25,943 bases of DNA from an archaeon (GTDB lineage: Archaea > Asgardarchaeota > Thorarchaeia > Thorarchaeales > Thorarchaeaceae), in NCBI GenBank assembly GCA_024275415.1, contig JAJRZD010000040.1, positions 1-25,943 of the forward strand. Direction: 5' to 3'. Positions 7,521 through 15,601 of this stretch are shown here, piece by piece. The position numbers were made by a program, and so were the translations under genes. A model generated the notes under the pieces. That model worked only from the letters and a program-made list of their open reading frames with translations, was not told the origin of the DNA and did not search any database. Position 1 is the first letter of the stretch; every line of letters starts with the position of its first letter.

Positions 7521-9446
7521 CTATCGCAGTTTGATGGTTTCTGTGACGGAAAGTGCCTTCGTGTCAATGTTCATAGATTTATGAATAGTAGATGCCAGAT
7601 TGATGCACTTGGAAGCCTCACCGTGGCATGTCAATACTTTTTCAGGAATAGGGTTGACTCTCTTGATGAAGTTCAGAATCTGTTTTCTATCAGAGTGACC
7701 AGAAAAGCCCTCAACCGTTTCAACTTGGAGGTTGACTGGGATAATCTGTTTCTGGCCTTCTCGGTTTCTCATCTGTGCTTCTTTCCAACCCTTTTGGATT
7801 CTTCTACCGAGTGTGCCTTCACCTTGATATGATACAAAGCAAACGGTGTTCTTCGAGTCAGGAGCAAGCAGACGGAAATAGTCCACACTGGGGCCACCAG
7901 CAAGCATCCCAGACGTTGCCATTATTATGGCAGGCTCCCCTTCGATAATCTCCTCACGCTGCTCAGGATTGTCCACTTGCACGAAGATGTCATTCAAGAA
8001 GGGGTTGACACCCTGATGAAATATCATTTCTCGTATCTTCTTGCTAAGTGCTTCTGGGTGTGTGGTATGGATGGCGGTCGCTTGAGCGATCATTCCCTCC
8101 AGATAGACTGGTATTCGGGGAATCCTTCCTTTGGACACCAAGTCTTCGATTACCAACATAATCTCTTGTGCTCGTCCCACAGCCAGCACGGGGATGAGAA
8201 CTTTTCCTCCACGTTCAATAGTCCGCTTTACTACAGATGCGAATCTCTTCTCGACCTCTTGCCGGGGTGGCATTTTATCAGTCGGATGGCCATATGTGCT
8301 TTCAACAATGAGGGTTTCAAGCCTCGGAAACGTGAATGTCGCAGGTTCAAGCAGCCGTGTCCGACCAAACTTGAAGTCGCCTGTATATGCCAGATTATAT
8401 TGACCGTCTCCAATGTGAAGATGAATGATTGCAGACCCAAGGATATGACCTGCATTATGGAGGGTGAGACGCACATCTGGGGCTATATCTGTGACTTCTC
8501 CATAGTTGAGTGGTATTGTGTGAATGATAGCCTCCTTCACATCGCGCTCTCGATATGGTCGAAGCTTGCCTTCCCGTTCGGCAACCTCGAGATAATCCAG
8601 CTGCAAGAGGGTGGCAAGGTTGAGTGTGGGCGCTGTCATATATACAGGCCCTCTGTAGCCGTACTTGTATAGGAATGGTACCATTCCGCAATGGTCAAGA
8701 TGGGCATGTGTGATAATGACCGCATCTAGTTGTTCGATATTGAACTCGGGCATGTCCAACCTTGGAAACGCCTTGCTAGGGGTGCCAACATTGACACCAC
8801 AGTCAATCAGGATGTTAGTTTCAGGCGTTTGCAGAAACATAGACTGTCTTCCGACTTCCTTGAACCCACCAAAGGCTACAAGTCGAATCCACCCGTTCTC
8901 TATCATTGCCCTGCGATGGATTCGTCGTCCAATCTCGCGAAATGCCCGATTTCTCTTTGCTGCCTCAGATTGGATAATATGTCGAATCTGCTTTATGAGA
9001 AGGCTTTCGATTGGTGGTGTCCTCATCACATTTGGGCGCCAGAGGGTCTGACGAGTTATCTCCCTAAGGGTCGTGCCACTCCGACCAATGACCAGTCCGG
9101 GTTTTTGAGCCTCGATAATGACTTCGCCTCTCGAATCGTCAAAGTCGATGCTAGTGATAGTCGCATCCTCGGGGACTAGCTCCTTCACGAGTCGTTCTGT
9201 TTCATCATGAGGAAGTCGCACTTCTGGAGAGGATCTGACAACGATTCTTTTTCTCATCTTTCGTGCAAGAGCCTTGATCTTATCCCCGTCATCTAGAAGG
9301 ATCTTGGGTGCTTTTGAGTAAATTGCAATCTCAGGTCCTTCATACTCCACTGAGCTAATCGAAGCAGATCGAGGAAGAGCAGCCTTGACTATATCTCGAA
9401 TGTCCATGTTATTATCATCGTAATTGTTAGAAGCCATACTAGTCAC
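7521..9446 (-). CDS. fttA: Beta-CASP ribonuclease aCPSF1 / transcription termination factor FttA (2 KH domains + MBL + beta-CASP)
   Basis: VEYEGPEIAIY, KH motif KPGLVIGRSG, GGFKEVGR, HAHLDHCG, AGHILGS, YTGD, ESTYG, FSGHSD, CHGE; adjacent to psmB. The start could be 9446, 9437 or slightly downstream. Confidence 0.95.
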   Translation of the reverse strand: MTSMASNNYDDNNMDIRDIVKAALPRSASISSVEYEGPEIAIYSKAPKILLDDGDKIKALARKMRKRIVVRSSPEVRLPHDETERLVKELVPEDATITSIDFDDSRGEVIIEAQKPGLVIGRSGTTLREITRQTLWRPNVMRTPPIESLLIKQIRHIIQSEAAKRNRAFREIGRRIHRRAMIENGWIRLVAFGGFKEVGRQSMFLQTPETNILIDCGVNVGTPSKAFPRLDMPEFNIEQLDAVIITHAHLDHCGMVPFLYKYGYRGPVYMTAPTLNLATLLQLDYLEVAEREGKLRPYRERDVKEAIIHTIPLNYGEVTDIAPDVRLTLHNAGHILGSAIIHLHIGDGQYNLAYTGDFKFGRTRLLEPATFTFPRLETLIVESTYGHPTDKMPPRQEVEKRFASVVKRTIERGGKVLIPVLAVGRAQEIMLVIEDLVSKGRIPRIPVYLEGMIAQATAIHTTHPEALSKKIREMIFHQGVNPFLNDIFVQVDNPEQREEIIEGEPAIIMATSGMLAGGPSVDYFRLLAPDSKNTVCFVSYQGEGTLGRRIQKGWKEAQMRNREGQKQIIPVNLQVETVEGFSGHSDRKQILNFIKRVNPIPEKVLTCHGEASKCINLASTIHKSMNIDTKALSVTETIKLR

Positions 9447-9534
9447 TTCACCTGTAAGTGCACAACTACTACATTTGGCCCCATTTCATTGCTTGAACAG
9501 AACAAGTTCAAGCACAACGTACCCGGTGATCCAG

Positions 9535-10173
9535 TTATTCACTTTTCCAGATTTTCTGGATCGTTTCTTTGTCCACCACTTGGTATCCATTCTTATCAAT
9601 CACACTGACAAGAATCGAGTTCCCTGATGCTGCATCACGTTCAATAGCGGCTGCAACGGCTCGGATTGCAATCTCGATTGCCTTCTTCTTTGGTAAGCCG
9701 TCCTTATATGCAGTTTCTAGAACACCTAATGCGACAGGAGAGCCAGAACCGGTAGCAGTGAACTTGTCGGGTAGTACGGATCCTATGTAGTCAGTGTAGA
9801 ACACTTGCGGACCCTCGTCATCAAATCCTCCAACGAGACATTGTAACAGGTAGCCACCACGAGCTTGGAACATTATATTGCTTAGCAGTCGAGTAAGCGC
9901 TCTCACACGGATAGGCCTGTTTCTTTGAATCTCAAAGAGTTTTGCCTCTGCTCTCAGGAGATCCATAATGTTTTGAGCATCAGCCACAGAACCTGCAATA
10001 GTTGCTCCAATTCTGTCTGTGATCTTGTAGATCTTCTGGGCAGTCTTATTTGCTATTAAGAACCCCATTGTAGCTCTTTGGTCGCTTGCCAGCACTACAC
10101 AGTCCTTTGCAATCAGCCCTACTGTCGTTGTACCTGTCTTGAGTTCTTGTTCGGATTGCATTGGATGTTCCAT
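9535..10173 (-). CDS. psmB: Proteasome beta subunit
   Basis: Propeptide followed by KTG/TTTVG (catalytic Thr1), ASDQRAT, KIYKI, TGSGS, RDAASG. Confidence 0.97.
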   Translation of the reverse strand: MEHPMQSEQELKTGTTTVGLIAKDCVVLASDQRATMGFLIANKTAQKIYKITDRIGATIAGSVADAQNIMDLLRAEAKLFEIQRNRPIRVRALTRLLSNIMFQARGGYLLQCLVGGFDDEGPQVFYTDYIGSVLPDKFTATGSGSPVALGVLETAYKDGLPKKKAIEIAIRAVAAAIERDAASGNSILVSVIDKNGYQVVDKETIQKIWKSE

Positions 10174-10240
10174 TTCAAGTAGCTCCTTTAATAGAGATTA
10201 AGTCTCGGAGAACTAGTGACGTTTAGTGGCTTTCTGATGA

Positions 10241-10296
10241 GTTGATTTAAAGGTTTCCACATGGGACAAAATCATCCATGTGACCCGTTTCAACGG
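10241..10296. repeat. Nested inverted repeats between the FKBP stop and the psmB promoter region
   Basis: CACATGG (10258-10264) / CCATGTG (10276-10282); outer GTTGA (10241-10245) / TCAAC (10290-10294); alternative CCGTT/AACGG (10285-10296). Confidence 0.5.
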
Positions 10297-10299
10297 TTT

Positions 10300-11157
10300 T
10301 CAGCTCGCATCAGTGGTCTGTGGTTCAGGACGAGGCCAAGTGATGACGATTTTCACTTCCTTCGCCTTCTCGACAATCTTGAGTGCGTCCTGTGCGATGC
10401 CAATATCAGCATAGTTAGCATGTTCGAGGTATCTCCCTCTCCATGGTAGTTCGATTGTCACGGTTTTGCCTGTCACCTTCGCGGAATACTCGTCCTCTGG
10501 CAACCCTGGAAGTCGTCTCTTGATTATCGCCTTGAGTTTATCCTCGTCATTTGATAGAATCTCTTTGACTGTCACATCGAATACCCATGTCTTATCTGCC
10601 ATGGGGTTGTTGAAGTCAACAAGCACAGTACGGCCGAGTACGTGTGTGATGACCCCCTTTTCGTTCCCGAAAGTGATTTCTTCGCCCTTATACCCTCGTG
10701 CTCCACGTTTGCGTATCTTGACCAAAGGAATTTTCTTGACCAGTTCTGGTTTTCTCACACCAGGACCTTCTTCTGGGGGGACTTCAATTGTTTTTGTTTC
10801 ACCCACCGCCATCCCTATCATGGCTTTCTCCAAGATGGGAAGCAACCAATTCCATCCAATAGCAACAAGATACGGCTCGTATTTTGAGTCTTCTTTGTAA
10901 AGGCCATTCTCGCGGGCTACATCTTCCAGTGTTGTGTCAAACACTTCGCCATCGTCTTTAGTCCTACCGACATAATCGACATAGACCAAGCTATTCTCAC
11001 GGACAACAGTTTCGACCTTTGCTTTCTTCGCTGTTTTCTTGGATCCTCCAGATGATTTAGCCTTTGGTTTGGTCGCGTTCTTCTCAGTTGTCTTCTCTGA
11101 TTTTGTGGATGCGGTTTCTTTCTTGGCCTTTTCAGCTGATTCTTTCTCTGTCATCAT
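10300..11157 (-). CDS. Long-type archaeal FKBP/SlyD peptidyl-prolyl isomerase with a Lys-rich N-terminal extension
   Basis: VYVDYVG...GEVFDTT...YEPYLVAIG...LEKAMIGM.VGETKTIEVPPEE..G.R...VDFNNPMADKTWVFDVTV, followed by the archaeal C-terminal extension. Confidence 0.92.
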   Translation of the reverse strand: MMTEKESAEKAKKETASTKSEKTTEKNATKPKAKSSGGSKKTAKKAKVETVVRENSLVYVDYVGRTKDDGEVFDTTLEDVARENGLYKEDSKYEPYLVAIGWNWLLPILEKAMIGMAVGETKTIEVPPEEGPGVRKPELVKKIPLVKIRKRGARGYKGEEITFGNEKGVITHVLGRTVLVDFNNPMADKTWVFDVTVKEILSNDEDKLKAIIKRRLPGLPEDEYSAKVTGKTVTIELPWRGRYLEHANYADIGIAQDALKIVEKAKEVKIVITWPRPEPQTTDAS

Positions 11158-11207
11158 TTGAACCCTCTGGAGGTTTGTAATCGTACTCTGCGGGCGTGCT
11201 CAGAGTT

Positions 11208-11243
11208 GTTATAAAACGGTTTCCGTGCGTCCTTTTTTATAAC
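11208..11243. promoter_or_regulatory. Inverted pair of TATA-like boxes; the minus-strand TTTTATAA is the likely FKBP promoter
   Basis: GTTATAAAA (11208-11216) and TTTTATAAC (11235-11243) are exact reverse complements 18 nt apart. The minus-strand box is preceded by purine-rich GGAAACC and lies ~50 nt upstream of the FKBP start. Confidence 0.5.
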
Positions 11244-11821
11244 GTTCCGCGTATCACGACCAATCGCTCAAAGAAAAGGACTGTTTCTTGGACTATCGTG
11301 GTGTCGAACCCGTTTGCCATCATCACTTCTATCAGGTACTTGATGTCACCCAGACTGGATGCGATGAGGTATATCCGTCCACTACGAGCCAAGTGGTCTA
11401 TGCTTTTGATGATGAACCTTTCAGAAACCTCAGTTCCCTTCTCACCCCCGACCAGTGCTGGATCCATTGATGTCTGCCCTTCATCCTGCGGGAGGTATGG
11501 AGGGTTAAATGCAATCAGTGAGAACTTGAATGATGGCGATAGTGCGTCGAATAAATCCGACTGAACCACATTCGCATTGTGGGAGGCATGATGCTTCATT
11601 AGATTCCTACAAGTGTTAATCACAGCGGCGTGTTGTATATCGACCGCAATGACCCGCCGTACATGATCTAACAGATTCAGTGATATGTATCCTGAGCCAC
11701 ACCCCATATCAAGAACCACGTCCTGAGGGCACACTTCAATCGCGTCATGGAGCAAGAATGTGTCCTCTCCCGGAGGGTATACTCCCTGAAGGACATGTAC
11801 TGCATAGACGGTATCTTTCAA
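11237..11821 (-). CDS. HemK2/N6AMT1-like (release factor glutamine) methyltransferase
   Basis: VYPPGEDTFLL, SAM motif LDMGCGSG, FNPPY; start overlaps the ksgA stop. Confidence 0.9.
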   Translation of the reverse strand: MKDTVYAVHVLQGVYPPGEDTFLLHDAIEVCPQDVVLDMGCGSGYISLNLLDHVRRVIAVDIQHAAVINTCRNLMKHHASHNANVVQSDLFDALSPSFKFSLIAFNPPYLPQDEGQTSMDPALVGGEKGTEVSERFIIKSIDHLARSGRIYLIASSLGDIKYLIEVMMANGFDTTIVQETVLFFERLVVIRGTL

Positions 11822-12693
11822 ATCACATCCCTCCGAGGGCTAGGGAGATCACCACTCCGAACCATCTCAAGAACGACATCTGATAGTAGAATCAAATCTG
11901 GAAGATGGATTGACCGAAGACGAGATGACATGTCGATACATCCTCGAGTCCTTTCAACAAGTGCATCGAGGCTGTTGCTTGCGCCTATGCGTTTGAGCCA
12001 GATTCTCAATGCATTTCTCAGCTGCTTGTTCGGATACGAATAGATGCCATGTATTACCCAAAAGAAGATGTCATGGTCACGAGCAAAAGAGCCCTCTTTG
12101 CGTTTCCGGACTGCTAATACTGAAGAGTCCACACGGGGTACCGGATAGAAATCCCTCGCACCTACATCAAACAGATGTTCTGCCACTCCAAGGTATTGAA
12201 AGTCAATGGACAATCTCGAATACTCTGAGGTTCCCGGACGGGCGACTAATCGCTGGGCAAATTCCTTTTGATACATGAGGATTGCCAGTTCGAAATCGAC
12301 CTCTTTCAAGAGCCTAAATGTGACGGCAGAAGCGACGCTATATGGCAGATTTGATATGACTTTTGTAATAGCAGGAAGGTCTACCCTCAGTGCATCCCCA
12401 TGGATTAGTCGTACATGTGGGAATCCTTTCAACCGATCCGCCAGCACTCTAATGAGTTTACTATCAATCTCGATAACATACAGACTCTCAGTTTTCTCTG
12501 CAAGAAGCGAGGTTAGGATACCAAGGCCTCCACCTATCTCAAGCACCCTGTCATCGGGTTCAAGGTTTGACGCATCGACTATATTTCGTGCAATACTTTG
12601 AGAGATAAGGAAGCTTTGCCCTCTATCCTTACTTGGTCTGATAGAATGTTTCTTGAGTAATGATCTGACTTCAAACTCGTCCAGAGGTCTCAC
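11818..12693 (-). CDS. rsmA: 16S rRNA m6,2A dimethyltransferase KsgA/RsmA/Dim1
   Basis: GQSFL, VLEIGGGLG, ISNLPY, QKEFAQRL, YSRLSI, FYPVPRVDS. Confidence 0.96.
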   Translation of the reverse strand: MRPLDEFEVRSLLKKHSIRPSKDRGQSFLISQSIARNIVDASNLEPDDRVLEIGGGLGILTSLLAEKTESLYVIEIDSKLIRVLADRLKGFPHVRLIHGDALRVDLPAITKVISNLPYSVASAVTFRLLKEVDFELAILMYQKEFAQRLVARPGTSEYSRLSIDFQYLGVAEHLFDVGARDFYPVPRVDSSVLAVRKRKEGSFARDHDIFFWVIHGIYSYPNKQLRNALRIWLKRIGASNSLDALVERTRGCIDMSSRLRSIHLPDLILLSDVVLEMVRSGDLPSPRRDVI

Positions 12694-12707
12694 CTTGGTG
12701 AAACTCT

Positions 12708-13313
12708 TTATCGTCGAGGAGGTCGGTCGCGATTGTTATCATCTCGCCTAGGAGGTTTCACAAAGAGCCATCTCTTGACATCCTCCTTGAGTTCCTCAAT
12801 TATCCTTGCGGTCAACACTTTTTTCGGATGCTGAAGCTTGGTTCTATCAGCAATGTCCTCAAAACTTTTGAACGGCTCTTTCTTGCGTTCCTCTAGAATA
12901 GCCCACATAAGCGTTTGTCCAACACCTGGGAGCAACTGCAGTGAATGCATCCGTGTGGTGATAGGTTTGGCCTCGTTGAAGAACTGAACGAATTTGTGTT
13001 CGAACTTGGTGACAATAATCTCGACTATCAGCGGCAGTTCTTCTGCACTCTCGGGCGCAAGATCCTCGTAGAAAATGCGTCTTCGTACATGATCTATTTT
13101 TCCTCGGGCATTCTTATGGAGGGGCACACGTTCCTGAGGATGTAATTTCACATTCCTCCTTGGTGCTAGCTCGAGTAACGTGAAGAAAGATTCACCAACA
13201 GCCTGTACGACCGTTTCTCCCCGAGGGCGATTGTCACGTAAGAACATCTTCGGTGGTATGACTGCTAGGACGTATGCATGGCTCTCGAATGCTCTGTTCT
13301 GAGTGTCTTCCAT
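12708..13313 (-). CDS. DUF655-family putative nucleic-acid-binding protein (HhH)
   Basis: QAVGESFFTLLEL, FVQFFNEAKPITTRMHSLQLLPGVG, ERKKEPFKSFEDI; conserved position between rpo4 and ksgA. Confidence 0.9.
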   Translation of the reverse strand: MEDTQNRAFESHAYVLAVIPPKMFLRDNRPRGETVVQAVGESFFTLLELAPRRNVKLHPQERVPLHKNARGKIDHVRRRIFYEDLAPESAEELPLIVEIIVTKFEHKFVQFFNEAKPITTRMHSLQLLPGVGQTLMWAILEERKKEPFKSFEDIADRTKLQHPKKVLTARIIEELKEDVKRWLFVKPPRRDDNNRDRPPRR

Positions 13314-13431
13314 TCGTTCTCGCTCCTAGTAAAGTCAGACCACATCAAGTATCATTGTGAATCTATAAACAAATAAGTCAATCGGGCGGTGCATCCAAGT
13401 AAGCATCAAGAGGGCGATATTGGCGGCATCT

Positions 13432-13767
13432 CTATGACCGCTTGCTAGCGACTATCTGTGTGATCTCCTCCAGTTGTTCTTCTGTCAAGTCAGTTGATTT
13501 GACATTGAGAACAGTTCTGAGTTCCTCAACATTCACAGGGGCGATATTCACTATTTGGACAGCCTGAAACCTAGTAAGGTTGTAGTTCTTCATCAGGCGC
13601 TCGACAAGCTTGCCGGACTCGGCTGGTGCCATCTTTGAAAAGGTAGAGGCATGTTCAAGAGTAATTGATTGTTGAAATGAAAGTTCGCCGTCTTTCCCTC
13701 GTTTAGTGAGAAGTTTTTTCACTTGAGGGAGTGGTATTTCCTCCTCACTTACGACTTCTCTTGGCAT
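13432..13767 (-). CDS. rpo4: RNA polymerase subunit Rpo4 (RpoF)
   Basis: EEEIPLPQVKKLL...LSFQQSITLEHASTFSK...AVQIVNIAP...ELRTVL; downstream of rpl21e. Confidence 0.9.
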   Translation of the reverse strand: MPREVVSEEEIPLPQVKKLLTKRGKDGELSFQQSITLEHASTFSKMAPAESGKLVERLMKNYNLTRFQAVQIVNIAPVNVEELRTVLNVKSTDLTEEQLEEITQIVASKRS

Positions 13768-13784
13768 TGTACACCCTCATTTCA

Positions 13785-14078
13785 TTATTTAGCTGGTTTC
13801 AGATGCTCTGGTCTGATAATTAGAGTCTTCATTGCTTTTCCCAGGCTCACATCCACTATCAATGCCCTGCCTCGGTGACCGGTCACGACTCCAGTCCTGC
13901 CGTGATATCGTTTATGAGGCATCCCTTTGTGTACAGCGGAGTCAATGACTATATTCACTCGATCTCCCACATTATAGTCGATGAGAACCGTGCTAAGCGG
14001 AGCAAGCCCTTTCTTTCTCACTCTTTTTGTCATCAGACTTCGAGTACGAGCACGGAATCCATGACTCTTCTTGACCAT
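13785..14078 (-). CDS. rpl21e: 50S ribosomal protein L21e
   Basis: KKSHGFRARTR, GMPHKRYHGRTG, IIRPEHLK. Confidence 0.97.
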   Translation of the reverse strand: MVKKSHGFRARTRSLMTKRVRKKGLAPLSTVLIDYNVGDRVNIVIDSAVHKGMPHKRYHGRTGVVTGHRGRALIVDVSLGKAMKTLIIRPEHLKPAK

Positions 14079-14189
14079 AAAGCATCATCTTCTCAACGTG
14101 ATACCTCTTGTTATAAGAATAGGGTCTTCCCTACACGAGAGGCTCAGCATTCCCTCTTAGGTGCCAACTTAAACATTATGGTGTGTTTG

Positions 14190-15536
14190 TTATGAATGGA
14201 CAGCTGTAACATTCAGTTCGACACACTTGCATTCTGTTCCAAGCATCTCTGTTAAAGAGGGTGATGTCCTCCCATCGTCTCCGGATATGAGTTCCTTGAC
14301 ATACGTCCCTCCTTGAACTTTGAAAAATCCATCAACGGTATGTGCATCCTTCTTCACCAACCTCACTTCAAACACTTGTTTTTTTCTGACAAGGTCACTC
14401 CTCCTATGTGACACTCGGTGGGGCGTTCTTTGATCCAAAGTAGCTCCTGTCAGCCGCTCCATCGCTTCTTGCAGTGTGACAGCGCTCACTTCGCCAGAGA
14501 TGTGAATCAACGCCCTGTATTCTTTGACGGTTTCTGAAGCGCTTGTCTTTAGTGATTGCAATTTCTTCCGGGTCGTCAACTCAAGACTGTGCACCTTTAT
14601 TTTGCCATGAGCATGAGAGTTTATGGTGCGGGTCAGGACTTCAAAGTCAGGATGACGAGTCCGTGGCTTTGTAATCTCCACAACAAAAGGGCGCCCGTTC
14701 CCCAGCATAAGCACATCAACATCTTCTCTCCCAGCGGCATGGAACTTGAATCTGGTGCCCTTTAGTGCCTCTTGGATAGGGATTGAGATATATTCTGAGA
14801 TGGAGTCCGGATAGTTTCTACCGGTTCCACCACACTCCCCACAGCCCTTTCCTTTGCAAATCTTGCAGTCCCATCGGCTCTGAGGAATGCCACGAACAAG
14901 CTTGCAATACCTCCCGTATATGAACACGGGATTGCTACGTATCTCAACACGGTCATTTTTCATATCATAGAAGATGACAATATCGGGTCGTTCAAAATTC
15001 ACTGTCCAATCCATCTTATCGGAGAGTTGTTTGCCTAGCTCACGATTGAAGTCTGATTTCAGGGTTTCTGCATGGACAAGCCCGAACTTCCCCTGTATTT
15101 CCTCGTTCAACTCCTCAAGGGATTTTACCATTGATGAGCCGACAAGGAATGTGTCGAATTCGTATCCCTTTGACTCAATGATTGCTCTCTCGACAATCAA
15201 GGGAATCCCCTCAAAAATGCTCAAGTCACCATGTGCACATAACTGGCATCGTTCTTTATGTTCGATGTCCGAGCCGTACTTTTTGCACAATGTGACTGCC
15301 GGAGAGAACATCCCATTCCGAGCTAGGTCTTGCAGGATCGCAAGGCCTCGTTCCTTCTCGCCCATCTTGTACATCTGGTCGGCAATCATAGATATCGCAA
15401 GTTTGAGGGAATAGCCTCTGGATTCGTTCGTTGAATTAGTGCTCAGCCATGCAAATTGTCGTCCCAAACACCTGTTACAAATAGCGAACTGCTCCACGAG
15501 CCCAATTGCTTTCTCTAACAGCTGTGGAGATCTCAT
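14190..15536 (-). CDS. pus10: tRNA pseudouridine(54/55) synthase Pus10
   Basis: N-terminal CxxC (CNRCLGRQF), YGRYCKLVRGIPQSRW, catalytic FHAAGREDVDV, GNGRPF, GGTYVKELISGD.GRT.PS. Confidence 0.95.
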   Translation of the reverse strand: MRSPQLLEKAIGLVEQFAICNRCLGRQFAWLSTNSTNESRGYSLKLAISMIADQMYKMGEKERGLAILQDLARNGMFSPAVTLCKKYGSDIEHKERCQLCAHGDLSIFEGIPLIVERAIIESKGYEFDTFLVGSSMVKSLEELNEEIQGKFGLVHAETLKSDFNRELGKQLSDKMDWTVNFERPDIVIFYDMKNDRVEIRSNPVFIYGRYCKLVRGIPQSRWDCKICKGKGCGECGGTGRNYPDSISEYISIPIQEALKGTRFKFHAAGREDVDVLMLGNGRPFVVEITKPRTRHPDFEVLTRTINSHAHGKIKVHSLELTTRKKLQSLKTSASETVKEYRALIHISGEVSAVTLQEAMERLTGATLDQRTPHRVSHRRSDLVRKKQVFEVRLVKKDAHTVDGFFKVQGGTYVKELISGDDGRTSPSLTEMLGTECKCVELNVTAVHS

Positions 15537-15601
15537 CCTAATTCACCTTTTGTAATAGTTTGACCTTTTGCTTAGTTGATAAAGGTGTGGCTTTGTACTC
15601 G

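Noticed and set aside
7977-9179. Long plus-strand ORFs (231, 128 and 149 aa) opposite aCPSF1
   Set aside because: Antisense shadows of a conserved gene with no recognisable motifs.
10234-10298. CTGATGA followed by a G-C-closed stem, resembling a hammerhead ribozyme core or C box
   Set aside because: The stem is followed by GGTT rather than the required GAAA, and no matching D/D' box arrangement is evident.
10241-10302. Possible SECIS (AUGA and GAA motifs in a hairpin) after the TGA-terminated FKBP gene
   Set aside because: The geometry does not fit the eukaryote-like or archaeal SECIS, and the TGA falls at the natural end of the protein with no conserved sequence beyond it.
11196-11564. 122-aa plus-strand ORF near the mirrored TATA boxes
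   Set aside because: It overlaps hemK in antisense, starts upstream of the plus-strand TATA-like box and has no recognisable domain.
14079-14189. Possible SRP RNA or other ncRNA between pus10 and rpl21e
   Set aside because: Only ~110 nt, with no long GC-rich helices or SRP helix-8 motif.
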